Assembly (NCBI GenBank): GCA_963766075.1
Contig: CAVYAN010000008.1
Location: 33,953-97,952 of the forward strand
Reading direction: 5' to 3'
DNA length: 64,000 nt
Origin: an uncultured cyanobacterium
GTDB lineage: Bacteria; Cyanobacteriota; Cyanobacteriia; Leptolyngbyales; Leptolyngbyaceae
Below are positions 31,798-40,209 of the stretch, in pieces. Numbering within the stretch: position 1 is the stretch's first letter; every line of letters starts with the position of its first letter. Below the pieces are notes generated by a model. That model saw nothing but the letters and a program-made list of their open reading frames with translations. It had not been told where the DNA came from and ran no database searches. Position numbers and translations under genes: made by a program.

Positions 31798-33374
31798 GTA
31801 ACTACTCAGCGTTAAAATATTCAGCTAATTTTCAGATTGTATAGATTCTTTGTCTATATTGAGTTTCAAAGTTAATTGCCGCTGCGAGGTTTGCCTCTTG
31901 TGCTCCGCTCCCCGTTTGTCCATGAGTGCTGAAGAAATATACGCAGTGTATGCGCAGGGTGCCGAGGCTACGACGGTGCTGGTGCAAGCCCTAGTCGAGC
32001 GGATCAATCGCGTAGAAGAGCGTCTAGAAACGTTAGAGAATCAAAAGAGCAAAAATAGCCGCAATAGCAGTAAACCGCCATCCGGGGATGGGTTTGGGAA
32101 ACGCACGGAGAGCTTACGGCAGCGGAGTGAGCGGTCATCCGGTGGGCAACGGTCGCATCCGGGGAGCACGCTGTCATGGCGAGAGGATGTGAGCGAAGTG
32201 GTGGAGCATCGGGTGCATCAGTGCCATGGCTGTGGAGAGAGCTTGAGTCACGCGCCGATAATGGGAAGCGTGGTGCATCAAGTGCATGACCTCCCGGAGA
32301 TCCAACTGGAGGTGACGGAGCACCGGTCGGAAGTGAAAAGTTGTCCGGGGTGCGGTCTAGAAAATCAGGCGGCTTTTCCGGTGGAAGCGAGCCATCGGGT
32401 GCAGTATGGCTCGCGGTTGAAAGGCTGGATGGTGTATCTGATGGAGGCGCAAGTGGTTCCCGCCGCTCGGACCTGTGAAATGCTGAGCGAAATGGTCGGC
32501 GTCGAGCTTTCGGAAGGCACCTTGTTCAATACACGGGCGCAGTGTTTTGACGCATTAGCCCCGGTAGAAACTGCAATTGAGACCCAACTACAAACGTCCA
32601 CCCTGGCTCATTTTGATGAAACGGGATTGCGGGTGAATGGCAAATTGTGGTGGTTACATGTGGTCTGCACCCGTGCCTTAACCTATTACTCGGTGCAACT
32701 CAAGCGGGGACAAGTGGCCATGGAGGCGATGAACATTTTGCCGAACTTTACGGGCAAAGCAGTTCATGACGGGTGGAAAAGCTATCAAGTCTATGACCAG
32801 TGTGAACACTGCTTGTGCAATGCCCATCATCTGCGGGAATTGAAATTCATCTGGGAGCGCCACTACCAACTCTGGGCCTACTCGATGAGTCTATTCCTGA
32901 GCAGCGCCAAAGCCATCGTCGATCATGCCCGAGCCTCTGGGCTCTCGGCCCTTGACCCGGTGCAACTCCAACCGTTGGCAGCGCGCTATCAAACCATCCT
33001 GGACCAAGGCTTTGCCGCCAATCCAACAACGCCGGATTCAGAACCGGGTACCCCAAAGAAACGGGGTAGACCCAAACAGTCGGTGGCCAAGAATCTGCTC
33101 GACCGACTCAAAACCCAACACAGGTCAGTTTTGGGCTTTGTCTATGACTTTGAGGTGCCCTTTGATAACAATCAAGCGGAGCGCGATATTCGCATGATGA
33201 AGTTGAAGCAGAAAATCTCGGGTTCGTTTCGCTCTCAGGCTGGGGCTCAGATGTTCTGTCGCATTCGCGGTTATCTCTCTACTCTCAGGAAACAAGGCAT
33301 TGATGTGTTGGATGCCTTGACGAGTCTTTTTATGGGCGATCTTATCGTCCCCGACTTCTCCGCTGAGTAGTTAC
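31798..33374 (+). mobile_element. IS66-family element, single-ORF type; diverged from the copy at 11110
   Basis: TIR GTAACTACTCAG; perfect 8-bp TSD CCCTGAGG (31790-31797, 33375-33382); HFDETG, DNNQAERDIR. Confidence 0.95.
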
Positions 33375-33726
33375 CCCTGAGGATTATTACTCCCACAGCA
33401 TCCCATTCGACTCGTCGAGGGGGTTTACTAACGGGTGTAGGCGGTTTAGGTTCTAGGGGGGGCTGAGATTTGGTTAACTCAGGCAAGGGAGGGAATTGAG
33501 TCTGGATGCGGGCGATCTCAGGTGGGAATAGAATAATCGGGAAAGTGCTCATAGGTTGCCGCACCTTAAAAAATTTTTGGTTAGAGCAAATGGACAATCA
33601 GTAGAAGCGATCGTTCATTTGCTCTAGTACGGTTAGAGTTCCCAGAGTGCTTCTAGTTACTGCAATACTGCGAAGGGAAAGGGCGATCTCCATCCCCCCG
33701 TAGCTCAACATCCTCAACGTCAACCG

Positions 33727-33852
33727 GCGATTCGTAAATTAGGATTGTCGGTGCTGGCCAGCGATCGCATTCTCAAAGTCGCGCGCACCATTGCCGACTT
33801 GGCGGACGATGCGGATTTGCAAACCCAGCATGTGGCGGAAGCCATTCAATAT
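33727..33852 (+). pseudogene. comM: ComM/YifB Mg-chelatase-like ATPase C-terminal fragment
   Basis: [26 protein letters not shown]...HVAEAIQY. Confidence 0.8.
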
Positions 33853-33856
33853 GCCA

Positions 33857-33979
33857 AACGGCTATGATATCCGTACCGTCCAAGGACTCCTCGGCCCCAA
33901 AGATGTCAAAAACACGATAATCCATATCCATGCGCTTAATCGGGGCGGTTTGGGGGTTCGCAGTCCCTTGGATGCCTAA
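33857..33979 (+). pseudogene. intI: Integron integrase C-terminal remnant with catalytic His and Tyr lost
   Basis: [40 protein letters not shown] versus IntI consensus [38 protein letters not shown]. Confidence 0.85.
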
Positions 33980-34005
33980 ATCCAGGCGCAGGCTCTGGGC
34001 GCAAC

Positions 34006-34214
34006 TTGAATACGAGTTCTCGAATATTGAATACGAGTTCTCGAAATTGAATACGAGTTCTCGAATATTGAATACGAGTTCTCGAATATTGAATATGAGT
34101 TCTCAAATATTGAATATGAGTTCTCAAATATTGAATATGAGTTCTCAAATATTGAATATGAGTTCTCAAATATTGAATACGAGTTCTCGAAAGTTGAATA
34201 CGAGTTCCCAAACC
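34006..34214. repeat. Tandem array of ten 21-bp units TTGAATAyGAGTTCTCrAATA (unit 2 is 20 bp)
   Basis: Counted in sequence; no spacers. Confidence 0.95.
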
Positions 34215-34286
34215 TGATCTCAAGCCATCGGTGGATGGCAACCCCGCAGAAATGCCTGTCCACCCCAAATTTGCTCAAAATAGGGC

Positions 34287-34421
34287 TTGCAAAGTGCGGC
34301 GCGATTCGGTATTCTCTTGCGTTAAGGTGAGTGCGCCTAGGTTTAATCGCGCTCACCCAGACGCCCAAAGACCTCGGTCTTAAAACGCGATCGCCCGGTG
34401 GTTCCAACACCAAGCGATCGC
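34287..34421 (+). promoter_or_regulatory. Sigma70-like promoter followed by a structured leader with two hairpins
   Basis: TTGCAA-17-TATTCT (34287-34315); stems at 34326-34357 and 34387-34421. Confidence 0.5.
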
Positions 34422-34548
34422 TAACCCCCACGCTGACGTACCAGCATGGCGGCTTGTTCTATTTTACAAGCCACCCTGTTTTGCAACGCATTCGGGGTGG
34501 CTGCGGTTTTTGGGTCTTCTTCCCCACAACATCTCAGGAGACCCAACC

Positions 34549-34773
34549 ATGAATATGACCCCACCGAGCCGCGACCCAGCGGCTCACAGTTCCGACTGGA
34601 TCAACATCACCCTCAGCGGCCAAGCCCCCGCCGTCGAAGCCATGATCCACCTGCTCCATCGCCTCAACGTCATCGCCGCCAGCGAATGGAGTCCCATCGT
34701 GCCCCTCCGCAACTCCCCCATTGTGATTCGCGTCGCCTCGCGAGGCATGCGAATCGGCTCCCCCCGACCCTAG
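34549..34773 (+). CDS. Small cyanobacterial hypothetical protein (74 aa)
   Basis: RBS CAGGAG; G..PAVEAMIHLLHRL...SEWSP pattern recalled from a common cyanobacterial small-protein family. Confidence 0.65.
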   Translation: MNMTPPSRDPAAHSSDWINITLSGQAPAVEAMIHLLHRLNVIAASEWSPIVPLRNSPIVIRVASRGMRIGSPRP

Positions 34774-34845
34774 GGCATCACCATAGCGCCATTGCCCAAG
34801 CATCCGGATGCTCAAAGAGTTAGGCCAGGGGCAGAACCCATCCCG

Positions 34846-35102
34846 TAGGGTTGGTTCATTGTCTAGAGAGGAAATTTAAATGGGTACTGCCGACCCGGTG
34901 ATCCCCCCTCCCCCCCCTTAAAAAGGGGGGAACCGGATTCAAAGTCCCCCTTTTTAAGGGGGATCCAGCCTCGGCAACCCAACCATAGATGCGAATCGCT
35001 GACTCTCTATCCCAACTCAGTCTTTGGAATAGGGGATCCAGCCTCGGCAACCCAACCATAGATGCGAATCTAGTTTTCTCTTCGGAACATGAAACAACCC
35101 TG
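34846..35102. mobile_element. 257-bp MITE (ISAs1-like ends) with a 19-bp flanking direct repeat and internal palindrome
   Basis: TIR tAGGGTTGgTTCAT / ATGAAACAACCCTG; AGGGGCAGAACCCATCCCG at 34827-34845 and 35103-35121. Confidence 0.75.
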
Positions 35103-35134
35103 AGGGGCAGAACCCATCCCGGCCTTCGCCCCAC

Positions 35135-36947
35135 CTACTCCACCCGGAAATTGATCGGCAAGCGCACATAAATCCCCCGTGGGTCGTTCATCCCTTGCAT
35201 CGCCGCCAAATCGCGCTGCATTTTCTTCACCTCGCGAGTCAAGGGATCAGACGGCGCGGCAATTCTTCCTCCCCCGCCCTGGGCACCATCACCCTGCAAC
35301 TGCTGCAAAATGCGCTCCTCCAAACTCCGCCCTCGGGGATATTCCTGGACGTGAAACTTCGCCCCTAACTTGGCCCGCTTCGCCGCATCCTGAATCGCCG
35401 CTTCCAATCCGCCCAACTCATCCACCAACCCCAGCGCCTTCGCCTTGCTACCCGACCAAACCCGGCCCTGGGCAATCTCACCCACCTTGGGCTTAGGCAA
35501 CTTGCGGGACTCCGCCACCTTCGTCAGAAATTGTTCATAGATCAGATCGACGGATTTTTGGATTAGCGCCAGTTCCTGGGGCGACTTTGGGCCGCGTGGT
35601 GGTATTTAAATCAGCGTAGCGCCCCGTTTTCACCCCATCCCAGGTGATGCCGTTTTGGTTGGCAATTTGTTGAAAATTAGGCCGAATGCCAAACACGCCA
35701 ATCGAGCCAGTGATGGTATTCGGTTCCGCAAAGATGCGATCGCCATAGGTGGCAATCCAATAGCCCCCCGACGCGGCCACCGGCCCCATCGACACCACCA
35801 CCGGCTTCACCTTGCGGGTTAGCAGCACCTCCCGCTGAATCACATCCGACCCCGTCACACTGCCCCCCGGACTGTTAATCCGCAGCACCACGGCCTTCAC
35901 CTTGTCGTTTTCCCGCAGCTTGCGCAGGGCCTCAGCAAAGCGATCGCCCCCCACTTGGCCCGCATCGCCCCGCCCTGCCACGATTTCTCCTTCGGCATAG
36001 ATCACCGCGACATGATCCTCGGATTCATAGTCCGTTGAGTCTTCCGTAATGTTGGCGTAGGATTTCAGACTAATTTGGCGGAACGCCTGCTCATCTTCCT
36101 CCTTACTGGCCAAGCCCTTTAACTCCGCCGTAATTTCGTCCGTATAGGCGACTTTATCAACCAGCTTCGCCGCCAGGGCATCACTGGGTTCCAAAATCCC
36201 TTGGCAATCGGCGATCGCCTGCAATTGGGGCACTTCCAGGCGGCGATCCTTTCCTGCTGTCGTCAAAAACTCGCCCCACAAATCCCCCAGCAGCACTTGC
36301 AACTGTTGGCGATTTTCCGGACTCATTTTTGTCAACAGCAGCGGTTCCACCGCAGACTTATACTTGCCCACCCGCGTCACCTGAATGCCCACCCCAAACT
36401 TTTGCAGGGCCCCCGCATAAAACGTCGGCTCTGAACTTAAGCCATTCAGTTCAAAGGAGCCAATGGGATTAATGGCAACGGTATTGGCCACAGACCCCAG
36501 ATAATATTCCTTCTCTCGCCAGTCCACCCCGTAGGCAATGATTTTTTTGCCCGAATCGCGGAACCGCTGGAGCGCCTGCCGCACTTCCTTCAGCGTCGCA
36601 AATCCAGTGCTGTTGGCGTTGTCCATATTGCCCGTCAGATACAGCCCGGTAATCTTAGAATCCTTGGCCGCCTCATCCAGGGCGCGCAGCACTGTGCGCA
36701 GGGTAATCGTCCGATTGTCTGCCCCAGAGGAGGCCGACTGTAATGCCTGTCCCAGGGTGGTTTCCGGTGGGGCATCGGTAATTTCCGTGGACAGATCAAA
36801 CACCAAAATCGATCCATTCTTGACCTGGGGACCGGCATCTTTGCCCGCCGAAGCGAGGATCAACCAGATAATGCCGCCCAGTCCCACGCCCAGAAAGAGC
36901 AACAAACCGACCAGCGTCGCCGCAGTGTATTTGAAAAAGTCGCGCAT
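35135..36947 (-). CDS. sppA: Signal peptide peptidase SppA (67-kDa type), frameshift near 35586 (possible sequencing error)
   Basis: VGKYKSAVEP, LRINSPGGS, AASGGYW, TGSIGV; C-part GRVWSG..LVDELGG in another frame. Confidence 0.9.
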
Positions 36948-37019
36948 GGGAATTCCTAGGAACGGGGTGAGTTGGTCAGTTGGGCATCGTCAGTTGGGCG
37001 AGTTCTCCTCCTATCCTAA

Positions 37020-39882
37020 TCACTGAGTTTGCAATCGGGCGTCTAAGGTTTTGATGAGGCGATCGCGGCTTTCCTCTAAGTGGGCTCGCGTGTAGGTATC
37101 CATCTCGCCACTGCGCTGCCGCAGGGCTCTTTCCAAGGGATCCCGCAACTGCCGCAGGGAATACGCGGCAATGCTGCGGGCATCTTCTGGTGCATCGGTT
37201 TGCCGCAGGACCAGACTGGACAGGGCAGCGAGATGCTGGCGCTGGAGGCCCCGTCGCAGACTGGAGAGGTGCAGCGGTGCCTCGCGGTTGACGATCGTTT
37301 TGGCGGCGGCGGTGGCATCGGGGGGCAAAATTTCCTGCCAAATGCTCGTTTGTAGGGTGTTGAACAGTTCTGGAATGGTGAGGGCTTGGTCAGGGCTGGC
37401 TTTGAGTTCGGCATCGCGCAGGCGGGCAAGGCGATCGTAGCTGAGCAGTTCGTCCAGAATAAAGGATTGCATCCCCAGGATGCGATCGTAAATCGGATAG
37501 TCCAGGGGGGCGATCGCCGGGTCTGCGCCCCAGTGGCTCCAGCGGGAGGGAGCCAGCTTGTTCAAAAATGCCGGGGAAAAGCGGAACTTGCGCTCATCAA
37601 ACACATAGGTTTGGATAATGTTCAGGGCTTGGCGCTGTTGGGCCAGGGAGATTGGCTCAAAGGGCGATCGCCCCGTGGCATCGCCTCCCCGATAGCGATT
37701 AAAGGACTGCCCGCCCACGTAGGTGGTCAGCATTTGAGCGTAGTTGAAGTAGTAGTTAAAAATCCCACTAAACACGGTGCGAACATCGTTAAAACTTTCT
37801 CCCTCCAGGGGGTAGCGGCTATCGACTTTTTTCCACATTTGCAGCGCATTTTCAAACTGCCAAGGCGCATAGGTGAGCAGATTGCCACTCAGATCAAAGG
37901 CGTGGGACTGGGGATCCAGATCGGCGAAGATGTCTTCGTCGGTGGCATAGCCGAGATCGGGTTCCGGGGCGCGGCGGGCGATCGCCTCCAGGAGTTTGCG
38001 TTCTGCGGTGGGGTCGTTGGCCGGGTCGCTGGGGGTATAGCCATAGGCGATCGCCCAGACATCATAGGGACCCACCCGCTGGGTAAAGTAGTCGCCCTGG
38101 GGGGTCCCCTGGGGCGCAAGGTTCACTGGGACATAGTCCATCACAGAACCGACCAAGCCTTTTTGGTGGGTAATGGTGCGATCGTTCAATTCCTCCGGTT
38201 GCAGCATGGCGCTGGCCCGGAAGTTATGCCGCAGGCCCAGGGTGTGGCCAACCTCGTGAGCCACCACCGTACGCAGAAATTCCTGCACGTAGGCATTCAT
38301 TTCCGAGCCATTGGGCAAGGCGTTGTGCAGCATTGTCAGCGCCGAGGCCCCCAGGGCAAACTGCTGGGCCGCTTCCATGCCGTAGCACAGATCATAGTTG
38401 CTCATTTGTTGCAGGGCTAAGGGATGGGCGGATCGCTGCTTGGCCAGTAAGCCCTTTAACTCCTGGGCCATTGGCCCGTAGGTGCAAAGGTTGGCGTTGC
38501 CCGTGGCCTTCGCCAGGGAGGGCAGCCAGCGCAGTTGATTTTGCTGCACTAGATTTTGATATTGCTGTTTCAGGTAGCGGGCAAAACTGCTGTCAATCAA
38601 AATATCTGCATCGAGAATTTCCCCGGTCAAAGGGTTTACCCGCGAGGGACCCAGGCCCAAAAAGCCGTTGTCGTAGGATGTCAGCCAGCGAATCGTGTTG
38701 TAGCGCACGTCGGCGGGATCCCAGGGGGCGTTGTTGGACATTTGGCGCGCCTCGATCGCATTCTTAAACCCTGCGGCCTCAAAGGCTTGGTTCCACATCA
38801 AAATGCCATCCCGTACGGCATCCCGGTAGATCAAGGGCACCGTATTTTCGATCCAGAAGACAATGGGCTCTTTGGGTGGGGATAGGGGGGCGGTGGGATC
38901 CTGCTTTTCCAGATGCCAACGGTTAATCAAGCGCACAAAGGGCGATCGCGGCGTATCTTGGGAAAAGTCTTGGTAAGCCGACAGAAAATAGCCAATTCGA
39001 TCATCGGCTTTGCGGGGGCGATAGGCTTTGTGAGCGGGTAATTGGGAGAAGCTGTAGCGCACCCGCAGGTTAAAGCTGCGGCTATCGGGCAGGGTTTCCA
39101 CGAACGCGGGAAAGCCTCCCTCCTCTGTCCCGCCGGAGAAGCCGTAAATCGATTCCAATTCAATGTTGAGCGGAAACGCCTTGACCATGCCGAAGCTGGA
39201 TTTGTCGGCATCCAGGCTGTAGCGTGCTCCCAGGGTGAGCGCCAACATGGGGGTTAAGCCGGGAAAGTCCTTGAGCAGTAGGGGGCCAAGATCGATTAAC
39301 AGACTTTTGCGGGTGGGATGGGTGCTGAGAATGGGCAGCGGATTGCAGGGTCGAGTCGCTGAAGGCACGGCGCACAGCGGCAGTTTGAGGATCGCCGGGA
39401 CGGGTGCGAAAATACAGGTTGGGTACGACAAATTGCACCCGATTGTTGACTTGCCGAAAGTTGAACAGCAGGTCCAGCAGGGGCAGGCCGCTGTAGAGCC
39501 ACCCTTCGCCCACGCCTGATTCCAACGTGACGGTGCTGAGGTAGTTGACATTAAGTTGGTCGGGGCGAATTTCCAGATACAGCTTGCCTGTGGGGCGATC
39601 GCGATAGAGCGTAAACAACCCCTCTAGGCGTTCCCAGCCCTTGACCAGGTGCTCAAATTCCTTGGCGTCTGGGGCTGTTGGCGGGTCTTCACTGTCTGCA
39701 CCAGCGATTGGGCTGGCACCGGCATGGCGAGACAAGGCCGCCTCCGCCCAGGCTTTGACAACCTGTTGCAGGGTGGTGATGGCAGGGGGGGCGGCGTTCG
39801 CTCGCAGGGCTGTCCAACCCAGCGGGGCGATCGCTAAAATGAGTCCCAGCAAAAAGGCAATCAGAATCGGGGGGCGTTTCAT
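37020..39882 (-). CDS. Secreted zinc metalloprotease (DUF5117/DUF4953 EcxA-like), frameshift near 39340
   Basis: Signal peptide; GLFTLY; AHEVGHTLGLRHNF; SVMDY Met-turn. Confidence 0.88.
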
Positions 39883-40209
39883 GGGGTGTGAATCCACACT
39901 CTAGGTGTGAGCTACGATAACACGCATGACACAGCGTAACGATCAGGATTCATTCTGGAAGTGAGAGTTCTCACCGGGTGCGGCCCTTGACCCGCGCCAT
40001 GCCGATCAACCTGTCAAACTTCAGCACAAACGGGGCAAGCCCGTATTCTGACTACGGCCTCTTGAACGACGGCCTCTTGAACGACGGCTCCCCTCACAAG
40101 TTCCTCAACTTCTTCTCCTATAACAAGAGAGTTAGCGCTGGCCGTCCTGGAATCGCGCCCATACCCCAGTCCAGGTGTCACCAGCCCCGCTTCTAGGAGC
40201 TTGCTGTTT

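Larger units (their letters stand above)
29977..33552 (-). pseudogene. Membrane-anchored DUF559/Vsr-like PD-(D/E)XK nuclease gene broken by IS66, IS630, a frameshift and ISKra4; last codons now at 15045-15095 (+)
   Basis: Frame is continuous after removing IS66 and IS630 (GVIILRVALFCLVSGVISWAVL); YYPD...IEIDEPY...DNRRNNFFLRKGWVVVRFSE. Confidence 0.8.

Noticed and set aside
33553..33726. attI site between intI remnant and nuclease gene
   Set aside because: GTTAG motifs are present (e.g. near 33580 and 33632) but attI has no reliable consensus and the intI 5' region is deleted.
34006..34214. CRISPR array
   Set aside because: Units are contiguous with no unique spacers, and there are no cas genes in the window.
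37386..38420. 344-aa plus-strand ORF (similarly 19675-20523)
   Set aside because: Antisense shadows of GC-rich genes.
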